Assembly: GCA_963727625.1 (NCBI GenBank)
Contig: CAVSHR010000011.1
Span: 256,001-320,000 of the forward strand
Origin: an uncultured delta proteobacterium
GTDB taxonomy: Bacteria > Desulfobacterota > Binatia > UBA9968
Length of the DNA: 64,000 nucleotides
Reading direction: 5' to 3'
Shown here: positions 20,010 through 29,602 of the stretch, one piece after another
Position numbering within the stretch: the stretch's first letter is position 1
Layout: each line of letters opens with the position of its first letter
Made by a program: the position numbers and the translations under genes
Notes under the pieces: model-generated
The model's input: only the letters and a program-made list of their open reading frames with translations
Databases searched by the model: none
What the model was told of the DNA's origin: nothing

Positions 20010-21182
20010 ATGCACATCGGCATTGATGCCACCTGTTGGAGCAACGGGCGCGGTTACGGCCGCCATGCCCGTGCGTTGCTGAGCTCGCTGGTCCACCTTG
20101 ACCGCTACAATCAATACACCCTCGTACTCGACTCGCAGGAGAAAGTCGAAGATCTTCCTCGCAATGCCGAGGTGCGTTTCGTGCCGGCTTCGGTGCCGAC
20201 GGTGCTGGCCGCCTCTGCCGAGGGACGCCGGTCGTTGGGCGACATGTGGGCAATGAGCCGGGCCTTGTCCGATCGCAAATTCGACGCGCTGTTGTTTCCC
20301 ACGGCCTACAGCTTTGTTCCCGTCCTCAGCCGGGCTAAGAAAATTGTCATGATCCATGATGTGATCGCCGAAAAGTTTCCCGCCCTCACGGTCCCGCGTG
20401 CGCGCGCGCGATTGTTTTGGAAAATCAAGATGGCGCTGGCCCGGTGGCAGGCTCACGCGATTGTCACCGTTTCGGATTATTCCCGCACGGCTATTTTACA
20501 ACATTTCGGTTTGGCGCCGGAGCGTGTTTTCATAGTCGGCGAGGCCAGTGATCCGGTGTTTCGTGTGAGCGACAAGCCGGAACCGACATCGCATCTCCAG
20601 TCCCTCGGCATTGCCAATTCCCGCCGCTCGATTGTATATGTCGGCGGTTTTAGCCCGCATAAGAATTTGCAGGCGTTGGTGAACGCATTCGCATCGCTGG
20701 CCGCTCTCAGCGAGTTTGCCGATGTTCGCCTGGTTTTGGTCGGGGAATATCGCAAGGAGGTGTTTCACAGCTACTTTGATTCGGTGCGAGAGCGAATCGA
20801 TCGACTGGGCATCGCCGATCGAGTCGTGCTTACAGGTTTTCTGGAGGATCCCGACCTGGTCGTTCTGCTAAACCTGGCAACCGTCCTGGTGCTGCCGTCA
20901 TTTATGGAGGGTTTCGGGCTGCCGGCGATCGAAGCGGCAGCGTGCGGCTGTCCGGTCATCGCGACCAGGGAAAGTCCGCTGCCCGAGCTGTTGGGCGATG
21001 GGGCCCTCTACGTTGATCCCGCCAATCCGGACGAATTACGCCTGGCTCTCGCACGCGTGCTGGAGTCGAGTGAATTGCGCGCGCGCATGCGTATCGCCGG
21101 GATCGCGGCGGCGCGGCGGCTTACCTGGGAAATGGCGGCAAACCAGATGATCGCGGTAATACGAACAGCGGCGGGGCAATGA
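20010..21182 (+). CDS. Glycosyltransferase family 4
   Basis: MHIGIDA, MIHD, YVGGFSPHKN, EGFGLPAIEAAACGCPV. Confidence 0.92.
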   Translation: MHIGIDATCWSNGRGYGRHARALLSSLVHLDRYNQYTLVLDSQEKVEDLPRNAEVRFVPASVPTVLAASAEGRRSLGDMWAMSRALSDRKFDALLFPTAYSFVPVLSRAKKIVMIHDVIAEKFPALTVPRARARLFWKIKMALARWQAHAIVTVSDYSRTAILQHFGLAPERVFIVGEASDPVFRVSDKPEPTSHLQSLGIANSRRSIVYVGGFSPHKNLQALVNAFASLAALSEFADVRLVLVGEYRKEVFHSYFDSVRERIDRLGIADRVVLTGFLEDPDLVVLLNLATVLVLPSFMEGFGLPAIEAAACGCPVIATRESPLPELLGDGALYVDPANPDELRLALARVLESSELRARMRIAGIAAARRLTWEMAANQMIAVIRTAAGQ

Positions 21183-22492
21183 GCCGTCCTCTAAAATTCC
21201 TGCATCTGACAACCTTCTACCCGCCTTACAGCTTCGGCGGTGATGGCATGTATATTTACCGCCTGGCCCATGCACTGGGCGATGATGGCCACGATGTCGA
21301 TGTCGTCCATTGTCGGGACGCGTATCATTTGTTGCATCCGCGAGAGCCGGAAATTGACTTCGCCGAGCATCCCAAGGTGACTGTTCATGGTCTGAGCAGC
21401 GGTTACAAACAGCTTTCGCCGTTGGTGACTCACCAAAGCGGGCGGCTGGGTCTCAAACGGCATCGGATCCGTGAAATCCTCAGCAGTAAAAATTACGACG
21501 TCATTCAATTCCACAATATTTCCCTGATTGGCCCGGAGGCTTTAACTCTCGCGTCCCGGCAAGAACAGGCCATTAGCTTGTACATGACTCACGAGCATTG
21601 GCTGATCTGTCCGACCCATGTCTTGTGGAAGTTTAATAATCGTCCGTGCGAAAGGCCGCAATGCTTTCGGTGTACTTTGTCTTATAAGAGGCCGCCGCAG
21701 CTCTGGCGCTACTCGGGTCTGCTCAAAAGAGCCAGCGCTCATGTCGACCAATTCATCGCTCCGAGCCGCTTTACTGCAAACATCCATGCGGAGCGGGGAT
21801 TTAACCGGCCGTTTACGCGACTGCCGCAGTTCGTCGAGCAGGCGGATCACGACTGGATGCACCCGGCTCCAGCTCCGCAACGCAGGCCGTATTTTCTATT
21901 CGTCGGACGTTTGGAAATCATCAAAGGGCTCCAAACGGTGATTAAACTATGGACCGAGGCGCCTACCCGCATGCCTGATGTTGATCTTTTGATTGCCGGT
22001 AACGGCAGTTACGAGGCCGAGTTGCGCGCGATGGCAGGAGCGAAAGCAAACATCAGATTTCTCGGCGCTCTGGCGCAGAAAGAGCTGGGAAATTTCTACC
22101 ACCATGCGTTGGCCTGTATCGTGCCGTCAATTACTTATGAAACGTTCGGGCTGGTCATCATCGAGGCGTTCGCGCGTAAAACCCCGGTCATCGTGCGCAA
22201 GCTAGGCGCGCTGCCGGAACTCGTGGAAGATAGCGGTGGGGGAATCGTTTACCGGAGCGAGGAAGAACTGATCTCGGCTTTGAACCGTATGGCTGCTTCA
22301 CCAGAACTCCGAGCCGATTTGGCTGAGAATGGCTATCGCGCCTTCGTGCAGAAATGGTCAAAATCCGCTCATCTGAAACGCTACTTTGGACTTTTACGAC
22401 AGGTCGCCGCTCGGAAGTTCGGATATGTTCCATGGGAAAACGAATCCCCTGATAGATCCCCGATTTCCAAAAATCCTTCGGCATGCCCATAG
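21179..22492 (+). CDS. Glycosyltransferase family 4 with Cys-cluster insertion
   Basis: TTFYPPYSFGG, HEHWLICP...C...C..C, FVGRLEIIKG, ETFGLVIIEA. Confidence 0.9.
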   Translation: MSRPLKFLHLTTFYPPYSFGGDGMYIYRLAHALGDDGHDVDVVHCRDAYHLLHPREPEIDFAEHPKVTVHGLSSGYKQLSPLVTHQSGRLGLKRHRIREILSSKNYDVIQFHNISLIGPEALTLASRQEQAISLYMTHEHWLICPTHVLWKFNNRPCERPQCFRCTLSYKRPPQLWRYSGLLKRASAHVDQFIAPSRFTANIHAERGFNRPFTRLPQFVEQADHDWMHPAPAPQRRPYFLFVGRLEIIKGLQTVIKLWTEAPTRMPDVDLLIAGNGSYEAELRAMAGAKANIRFLGALAQKELGNFYHHALACIVPSITYETFGLVIIEAFARKTPVIVRKLGALPELVEDSGGGIVYRSEEELISALNRMAASPELRADLAENGYRAFVQKWSKSAHLKRYFGLLRQVAARKFGYVPWENESPDRSPISKNPSACP

Positions 22493-22945
22493 ATTGACAG
22501 CGCGCTCGATTTCCACCGATCAATATAGTGTATCCCTCGCGAGCCTGGAGCGGGCCTTGCCAATGGAACGCCTCAACCCGTCGATAGACACACACCGTGG
22601 CGGTAAAAGAAAGTGCTCATGGTGGTGTTTCACGCGATTCTCCTCATCTGGATCTGGCGGCGGGTGATCGAGGTCGATTGCAACTTCTCGGTCTTGCGCG
22701 CTGGGGGCGGAGAGCTCTGGGTCTTCACAGTTATTTGAATGTCGATATCGAGCCGCTCGATGGCGTCAGTGGCACCACCATCGGAGCCTCAAGCAAGCCC
22801 GACGCGATTGAGCCGCGGAATGAATCAGTAAGAATATCAGCCTATTATAAATGTTCACCGGCAAGAACGGTGGGTCGAGCGGGCAATTTTGTGGGGCAGC
22901 CTGAACCAAAATTGTCGGGTTTTCGGTTCGCTTGAGAGCGTCCCG

Positions 22946-22961
22946 TGGCACAACGGTTGCG
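22946..22961 (+). promoter_or_regulatory. sigma54 (-24/-12) promoter upstream of exosortase
   Basis: TGGCACAACGGTTGCG matches TGGCAC-N5-TTGC. Confidence 0.7.
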
Positions 22962-23226
22962 TAAGACAGATGCCAGCGATTTAAAGCGCCGTAACCCTTG
23001 CCTTTTCGGTCACTCAAACAGGGAATTGTTGCGATGAGGCTTGACGCGGGAGATGGAGTGGCACCAAAGCCTGATTCCACGTATATCGTCCCGCGAACCC
23101 GAAATCGGCAGTTTGAAGAAAATATGAACGGCAACATGCGCATATTGGATCTGGCACGCTTTTTCGAACCTGGAAAAACTCCTCCGGTGTACCGCGGCAT
23201 TTGCTGGTAAACTCTTTCTCTCAACC

Positions 23227-24811
23227 ATGACTGTTAACGCGATCAATTCTCGCTGGATCGGTTGGCGATTTCGCCAGCTGTTTAATCTCCGAGCGGCCCA
23301 GTGGTTCGGGGTGGCGTTGCTGTTTGGGTTGTTTTACGGGCGCCTTGTTCCAGGGTTGGTCCTGGATTGGTACGAGCACGAGACTTTCTCGTACGGATTT
23401 CTGGTTCCGTTTATCGCCGGCTATTTGATCTGGCAGAGCCGGGATCGACTCAAATCAATTTCCGTGACCCCGTCTCTCTGGGCCGCTGTCCCTTTGCTGA
23501 TCGCAGTTGTTTGGGTCTTATCGGGCAGACCATCGGCGAGCTGTTTTCCATGCGCCTGTCAATGATTTTGGCGCTGGCGAGTACGGTCTATTTGCTGCTG
23601 GGTACAGAATATTTCAAAGTTCTCTGGTTCCCGCTTTTTTATTTGCTGTTGATGATCCCGGCTCCCTACACCGTCCTGATCAAGGACCTGACGGGCGGTC
23701 ATCTGCGCTATATGAATGATTCCAAGCATGCGGCAACTATTCTCCAGCTGCTCGGTGTCCCGGTATTAGTAGAGGCTTATTTCATTCACATTCCCAACAT
23801 GACCCTGGAGGTTGCCGACGTTTGCAGCGGCGTATCTTCGGTGTTCGCATTATTTGCGTTGGGCACGGTCAACGCCTATTTCCTGCCAACAAGGAATAGT
23901 ACTCAAGGTCTTGCTGGTGGCGTGCACTTTCCCTTTTGCCATGATCGCCAATTTGATTCGCATCGTCGTGATCGCGGTGCTGGCTTATAACCTTGGCGCG
24001 ATTGTTTTTCAGTCGACTTTCCACTGGCTCACCGGTACGACTATTTTTACGTTGGCATTGATCATGCTTATTTCATCCGGCGAGTTTCTTCGGCGAAATT
24101 TTCCTGTGACCTCTGCGCGGAGCTCAGGTTCAACGGAGAGCCCCGGGGATGTGGTCACCAATGAGGGTGAGAGTTCCCTAGCCATATGGATGTCTGGTTC
24201 TGTCTGTCTAATCATTTTTGCCGCCGGACTATTTTTCGCAGAATTCCATCGGCAATGTTCGACGGATAAATCTTGCCGGTCAACTGGGGGCGCTCGCGAA
24301 CCTCGGGGGCTACACGGTCAGTGAAACGCGCTCCCCGGACACTTATCGAGACCCGGCTGCCGATGCGAAACTATCGGTCGTTGTTACGGATCGCGATAAC
24401 AATACTTCGGAAGTGTTTGTCGGATATGCGCGGAGCAAACCGCCGCTGTGCGGTTACAATCGCCGCAACTTGTTTTTCCGGAAAATTGGAATTGAGTATG
24501 GTTCAAGCCCGCGGACATCGAGGTCACCGGTAACGGCGCAATCCGCGGCAACTGGAGTCTTGACTCGCAAGGGCGATTCCATGCGGCTGGTTTTATATTG
24601 GTATCAAATTAACAAGAGCGCCTTCGCAGGAGAGTTTGAATACCGACTACGCCAGTTGAAAAGAGCGCTGCTCGAGCGCCGCAGCGACGGCGCTGTTGTC
24701 CGGCTCGCGACACCGGTCAAGGCTGGAGAACCCATTGAGACTGCACAAGCACGTCTCCGCGCGCTCGGCGGCGCTTTGTATCCAAAGCTGGTGAAGGTGT
24801 TACCGAAATGA
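23227..24811 (+). CDS. Exosortase (EpsH) probably fused to an EpsI domain, broken by several small indels
   Basis: W...YGFLVPFIAGYLIW; catalytic Cys in EVADVCSG, Arg in IANLIRI, His in FHWLTG. EpsI-type VLYWYQ...RSDGAVVRLATP. Pieces 23227..23565, 23301..23990, 23812..24324, 24218..24811. Confidence 0.85.
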
Positions 24812-24821
24812 AGATAGAAGT

Positions 24822-24924
24822 GCGATCAGCGATCAGCCGTCAGCTTTCAGCCCCAATTGTTTTAAGGCTGACTGCTGACCGCTGAGCTGCTGACTGCGCT
24901 AAAAGATGCTGACCGCTGATGGCT
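24822..24924. repeat. Inverted heptamer arrays (GCNNTCA)x4 ... (TGANNGC)x6
   Basis: GCGATCA GCGATCA GCCGTCA GCTTTCA, then TGACTGC TGACCGC ... TGACCGC TGATGGC. The next gene's ATG lies in the last unit. Confidence 0.8.
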
Positions 24925-25866
24925 ACCCACTACCTCATTACCGGCGGAGCCGGCTTTATCGGTTCTCACATCGTCAGACGCTTGGTCGCCGATGGAGAGC
25001 AGGTCCGTGTGGTGGATAACCTCTCAACCGGCGACATCAAACGGCTGGACGGCGTGCTTTCGTCGATTGAATTCATCGACGGCGACTTGGCCGATGAGAC
25101 GATCGCTCGGCAGGCGGTGGACGGCGTCGATCATGTGCTTCATCAGGCGGCTATGCCGTCCGTGCAGCGCTCGGTGGTCGATCCGGTCGGGACAAATAGG
25201 GCCAATGTCACGGCAACCGTCAATCTTCTCGAAGCCTGCCGCAAGGCCCAAGTGCAAAGGTTCGTTTACGCCGCGTCCTCGTCTGCTTACGGCGATACCG
25301 AGGTTCTTCCCAAACACGAGGATATGGTGCCGAATCCACTCTCGCCCTACGCATTGCAAAAATTCGTCGGCGAGCGCTACTGCAAGCTCTACCACGACCT
25401 GTACGGCTTGGAGACCGTCAGCCTGCGCTATTTCAATGTCTTCGGCCCGGGCCAGGACCCTCATTCCGAGTATTCCGCGGTCATACCGAAATTCATTACC
25501 AAGTTGCTCGCAAACCAGCCGGTCACCATCCACGGTGACGGCGAGCAGTCGCGCGACTTCACGTTTATCGACAATGTCGTCGAGGCCAATCTGCTAGCCG
25601 TCAAGGCGCCCGGCGCGGCTGGCAAAACGTGCAATATCGGCTGCGGCGAGCGCATCACGCTCAATCGTTTAGTTGCGCTCCTGGAAAAACAACTCGGCGT
25701 CAAAGCGCAGGTGAGCCATGGGCCGCCCAAGGCCGGCGACGTGCGCCACTCCTTGGCCGATATCGGCCGGGCAAAAACGATCCTGCGCTACCAGCCCAAG
25801 ATCGGGGTTGAAGAAGGGCTGCGCAGAACGATCGAGGCGATGAAAAAGAATAGGACTGAGCGATGA
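24919..25866 (+). CDS. UDP-GlcNAc/UDP-glucose 4-epimerase-like SDR (WbpP/TviC type)
   Basis: [57 protein letters not shown]. Confidence 0.92.
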   Translation: MATHYLITGGAGFIGSHIVRRLVADGEQVRVVDNLSTGDIKRLDGVLSSIEFIDGDLADETIARQAVDGVDHVLHQAAMPSVQRSVVDPVGTNRANVTATVNLLEACRKAQVQRFVYAASSSAYGDTEVLPKHEDMVPNPLSPYALQKFVGERYCKLYHDLYGLETVSLRYFNVFGPGQDPHSEYSAVIPKFITKLLANQPVTIHGDGEQSRDFTFIDNVVEANLLAVKAPGAAGKTCNIGCGERITLNRLVALLEKQLGVKAQVSHGPPKAGDVRHSLADIGRAKTILRYQPKIGVEEGLRRTIEAMKKNRTER

Positions 25867-26417
25867 GTAAAATTGATCGATTTGGGGAGCTAATTGCGTG
25901 GCAAAAAGCGCGACATCTTGCAAAGGCGGTTTATACCAGTACACGCCGTGATGGGTTTAGTCGAGACTTGGGCCTATCAAACCAAATTCAACGCGCAGCC
26001 GTTTCCATCATGGCCAATATTGCGGAGGGATTTGAGCGGGGTAGGAGAGCAGAATTTCACCAGTTTCTTTCGACGGCGAAAGCTTCGTGCGCAGAAACAG
26101 GTTCTCATCTATATGTCGCCTTAGATATTGGCTATTTGAAACAGGAAGAGTTCGAACGGCTTTTGCGTCAGGCTGAAGAGGTCGGGAGGGTAGTCGGGGG
26201 ACTGCGTTCGGCCGTTCAAAAACAGAAGGACATCCAATTGAATAAATCGAAACGTCTAGGCGAGGTTAGCCTCGTGATTACCCAGTTCTCAGCGCCCATT
26301 CCTGATCACCGGTTTGGCTCAGCCCTCAGTACTCAGCTCTCAGCCCTCAGTCCTCAGTACGCAGCACGCAGTCCTCGGCACTCAGTCCTCAGTCCTTTGA
26401 AAGTGGAGGCTCAATGA
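25863..26417 (+). CDS. Four helix bundle protein (23S rRNA-IVP/Avd-like), C-terminal tail encoded by heptamer repeats
   Basis: [50 protein letters not shown]. Confidence 0.92.
   Translation: MSKIDRFGELIAWQKARHLAKAVYTSTRRDGFSRDLGLSNQIQRAAVSIMANIAEGFERGRRAEFHQFLSTAKASCAETGSHLYVALDIGYLKQEEFERLLRQAEEVGRVVGGLRSAVQKQKDIQLNKSKRLGEVSLVITQFSAPIPDHRFGSALSTQLSALSPQYAARSPRHSVLSPLKVEAQ
26318..26394 (+). repeat. Tandem heptamer array, 11 x (CTCAGYN)
   Basis: CTCAGCC CTCAGTA CTCAGCT CTCAGCC CTCAGTC CTCAGTA CGCAGCA CGCAGTC CTCGGCA CTCAGTC CTCAGTC. Confidence 0.9.
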
Positions 26418-28606
26418 AACGAATAGTTCTTAGCGTAGGTTTAATCGCCATCCTAGGCGGCGGTGGTTTATACGCCTACAGCAAACTTGGCGGCTCGCCA
26501 GAGGCCAAGCGCGATCGGGCGCTTAAGAAGGCTCAGGAGTACCTGGCGCAAGCCAAAGTCAACGAAGCGGTCATCGAATATAAGAACGCGTTGAGCGCCG
26601 ACCCGCGCTCGGCGGAAGCCCATTATGAATTCGGCATGGCATTGCTCAAGCAGGGCGATGGCCGGGCGGGCTATCGGGAATTGGTTCGAGCGACCGACCT
26701 GAAGCCCGACTTTATCAAGGCGCGCTACCAGGTGGCATTGATCCATGCGGTCAATAAGGACATAAAACGCGCCAACGAAGAGCTGGAAAAAATCCGTCAA
26801 CAAGACAAAGACGCCAAGGAGGCCCATTACCTGGCGGCGCAGATCGCCATGGCGGAAAAGCAGCCGGACAGCGCGTTGAAAGAGCTCGAAGCGGCGCTCA
26901 ACAAAGATCCGAATCAGGCGGCGATTTACCTCGATATCGGCCAGGTGCACGCGGCCAAAAAAGATTTCTCTGCCGCCGAAGCCGCGTTTCGCAAGGCGTT
27001 GGAGATCGACCCCAAGTTTTACCGCGCGCGAATAGCGCTCGCGCAACTTTACGCCGCCACCGGAAAGCAGGATCAAGCCGAGCAAGAATTATTGCTCGCG
27101 ACCAAGGCCGATCCGGAGAACGAAGCGCTGCTTCACGTTTTGGGCAGCTTTTACGCGCGCACACGGCGCTTCGATGAGGTCGAAAAACTCTACCAGAATT
27201 TGCTTAAGAAAAAGCCGGATTCTCTCATCGCCAAGAAGCGCCTGGTGGAGATTTATTTCGTCAAGAACGACCGCAAGCAGGCGCAACAACTTATCGACGA
27301 AATTCTCAAGGCAAAGCCCAATGACAACGATGGCCTGTTTTTTCGCGGCCGGCTCAGGTTAGCGGAGAACGATGCGAAGAAGGCTGCCGAAGATCTGTCC
27401 AAAGTTACCAGCAATGCGCCCAAGTTCGCGCCGGGTTTCTATTTTCTTGGTCAGGCGCAACTTCGGCAAAACGACGTCGTTAATGCAAAGAAGGCGATCG
27501 TCAAAGCCACCGAATTGGCGCCGAACTGGATCGAGCCCAAGGTCACCCTGGCGCAACTCCATCTGGCTTCGGGGGACAGTGATCTGGCCGCCGACGAGGT
27601 TGAAAAGGTCTTGAAGGCGCAGCCCAATAATGAAACTGCGCTGTTGATCAAGGGCGCGGTCGCCCTGAAGAAAAGAGAAAACGATCAGGCGTTAGCCGCC
27701 TTTCAGCAGGCGCAGAAAGTCAATCCAAAAAATCCCGCGGCGCATATCAATATAGCAGCGGTGTACGTCGTAAAGAAGAAATTGCCCGAGGCGCTAAAGG
27801 AATACGAGCAGGCGTTGGCGCTCAATCCCGACCGCGTCGACGCGCTCACTTCCATGGCTCAGGTTTATCTCCTGCAGGGCAATCCCAAGGGGGCCGTTCA
27901 ACGTATCGAACAGCAGCTCGGCAAGACTAAAAAACAACCGGAGGTATATCAGCTGCTTGGCCAGCTGAGCATCCGCACGAAGGAGTACGCCAAGGGCGTT
28001 GAGTATCTGGAGAAAGCGATCAACCTGAAGCCCGAGCTTACCTCGGCGTATTTCTTAATCGGCAACGCCTACGCCGCCCAGAAAAAATTCGACAGCGCCA
28101 TCGAGCAGTACGAAAAAGTCAGCAAGAAAAATCCCAAAGCGATCCAGCCGCTGATGATGGTCGGGATCCTCTACGACATGCAAAAGCAGCCGCAGAAAGC
28201 CAACGGCTATTATCAAAAAGTGCTGGATCTTAGGAGTAACTTCGCGCCCGCGGCCAACAACCTCGCCTATAATTACGCCCAGCACGGCGGTAACCTCGAC
28301 GTTGCTCTCGGGCTGGCGCAGAAAGCCCGCGAGGCAAATCCTAATGACGCCGGCATCGCCGACACTCTGGGTTGGATTCTTTATAAGAAGGGCACCTACG
28401 CGACCGCGGTTGCCTTGTTGAAAGAAAGCAACGAAAAATTCAAAGGCCAGAACCCGACGGTGCTCTATCACCTGGGCTTAGCCTACGACAAAAGTGGGGA
28501 AGAAAAACTCGCCAAAGAAGCGCTGCAAAAGGCTCTTGCTCTGGGCCGGGCCTTCACGGAAGCAGCCGAGGCGAAAAAGCTGCTCGAGGCGATGGGGGGA
28601 AAGTAG
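26414..28606 (+). CDS. prsT: PEP-CTERM system TPR protein (PrsT-like)
   Basis: N-terminal anchor, EAVIEYKNAL, many TPR units, AANNLAY...IADTLGWILY...YHLG C-terminus; lies next to exosortase and PEP-CTERM genes. Confidence 0.8.
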   Translation: MKRIVLSVGLIAILGGGGLYAYSKLGGSPEAKRDRALKKAQEYLAQAKVNEAVIEYKNALSADPRSAEAHYEFGMALLKQGDGRAGYRELVRATDLKPDFIKARYQVALIHAVNKDIKRANEELEKIRQQDKDAKEAHYLAAQIAMAEKQPDSALKELEAALNKDPNQAAIYLDIGQVHAAKKDFSAAEAAFRKALEIDPKFYRARIALAQLYAATGKQDQAEQELLLATKADPENEALLHVLGSFYARTRRFDEVEKLYQNLLKKKPDSLIAKKRLVEIYFVKNDRKQAQQLIDEILKAKPNDNDGLFFRGRLRLAENDAKKAAEDLSKVTSNAPKFAPGFYFLGQAQLRQNDVVNAKKAIVKATELAPNWIEPKVTLAQLHLASGDSDLAADEVEKVLKAQPNNETALLIKGAVALKKRENDQALAAFQQAQKVNPKNPAAHINIAAVYVVKKKLPEALKEYEQALALNPDRVDALTSMAQVYLLQGNPKGAVQRIEQQLGKTKKQPEVYQLLGQLSIRTKEYAKGVEYLEKAINLKPELTSAYFLIGNAYAAQKKFDSAIEQYEKVSKKNPKAIQPLMMVGILYDMQKQPQKANGYYQKVLDLRSNFAPAANNLAYNYAQHGGNLDVALGLAQKAREANPNDAGIADTLGWILYKKGTYATAVALLKESNEKFKGQNPTVLYHLGLAYDKSGEEKLAKEALQKALALGRAFTEAAEAKKLLEAMGGK

Positions 28607-28615
28607 GGGGATGCA

Positions 28616-28681
28616 GCGGTCAGCAGTCAGCGATCAGCGCCAAAATGCCCCAGGACTGAGTCATGAGGACTGAGGGATGAG
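28616..28681 (+). repeat. Heptamer arrays upstream of the second four helix bundle gene
   Basis: GCGGTCA GCAGTCA GCGATCA, then GACTGAG TCATGAG GACTGAG GGATGAG with the ATG inside the last unit. Confidence 0.75.
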
Positions 28682-29096
28682 CAAAATCGCTCGGTTTGAG
28701 GATTTGGTCGCTTGGCAGAAGGCGAGGAGTTTAACCGCCGCGGTTTATAGGGCCACACGAAAGGGTGCGTTCAAAGGAGATTTTGGATTAGCCAACCAGA
28801 TACAGCGCGCATCTGTCATGTCGAATATCGCCGAAGGATTTGAGCGAGGCAGGCGAGCAGAGTTTCATCAGTTTCTCTCGACTGCCAAAGCCTCGTGTGC
28901 GGAAACACGCTCTCATCTGTATGTTGCCTTGGACGTCGGTTACTTGGAACAAACAGAGTTCGACCGCTTATTGCAGCAAGCCGAAGAGGTGGGGAGGGTG
29001 GTTGGCGGCCTGCGCGCGGCAGTTCAACGGCAGAGATATAACGACAAACAGAAATCCTCAGCGAATGAACGAGAGCAAGTGAAGAAATCGGTTTGA
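28677..29096 (+). CDS. Four helix bundle protein, paralogue of 25863..26417
   Basis: [52 protein letters not shown]. Confidence 0.92.
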   Translation: MSKIARFEDLVAWQKARSLTAAVYRATRKGAFKGDFGLANQIQRASVMSNIAEGFERGRRAEFHQFLSTAKASCAETRSHLYVALDVGYLEQTEFDRLLQQAEEVGRVVGGLRAAVQRQRYNDKQKSSANEREQVKKSV

Positions 29097-29395
29097 CGAA
29101 ATTCTTAATTCTAAGTGCCACAACTAAATCTGACAGTCATGATAAAGTCCTCGTGGTCCAAGAAGCAGCGCAGAGCTGAAGAAAGGAAGCGAGGCGAGAA
29201 GACAACGGCCCAATCTGCGGGGCTTTGAGCTCTGTCTGGCGCCGTTAAAGTCTTGGAATATACGTTCATAAGGACAGGGATCTACAATGAAAAATCAATC
29301 ACTGTCTCAGTGCTTTGTCCCAGCGAGCAGCCCAAGACTAATTGTATTTTGTCTACGCGGAACTGACATCTGCAAATATGTATTCTTCCCGCTGG

Positions 29396-29564
29396 TGTAA
29401 AATTTCATTACAATCGCAGCCGCAAATTATCTATTAATATTCAACTATATGAGTTGCCCTCAACGACGGGCGTGGAAGTTGTAAAGAGAATTAACGGAAT
29501 TCCTAATGGTCATTTTATAATTGCCTTAAAAATCGACTACTTAAATCCTGGCATCTTAATTGCT
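29396..29564 (+). promoter_or_regulatory. PEP-CTERM promoter: two enhancer boxes plus sigma54 promoter
   Basis: TGTAAAATTTCATTACA (29396-29412), TGTAAAGAGAATTAACG (29480-29496), TGGCATCTTAATTGCT (29549-29564). Confidence 0.75.
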
Positions 29565-29602
29565 CTCTCTTTGGGAGAAATATTAATAACCGGAGAGGAG
29601 AA

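Noticed and set aside
22493-23226. ORFs 22597..22935, 22766..23224 and 22998..23210 between the GT4 gene and exosortase
   Set aside because: No recognisable motifs. The region contains a sigma54 promoter and is best read as regulatory DNA, though a decayed gene cannot be excluded.
25863-29096. Diversity-generating retroelement or rRNA intervening sequence
   Set aside because: The proteins are Avd/IVP-like, but there is no reverse transcriptase, no TR/VR pair differing at adenines, and no rRNA sequence.
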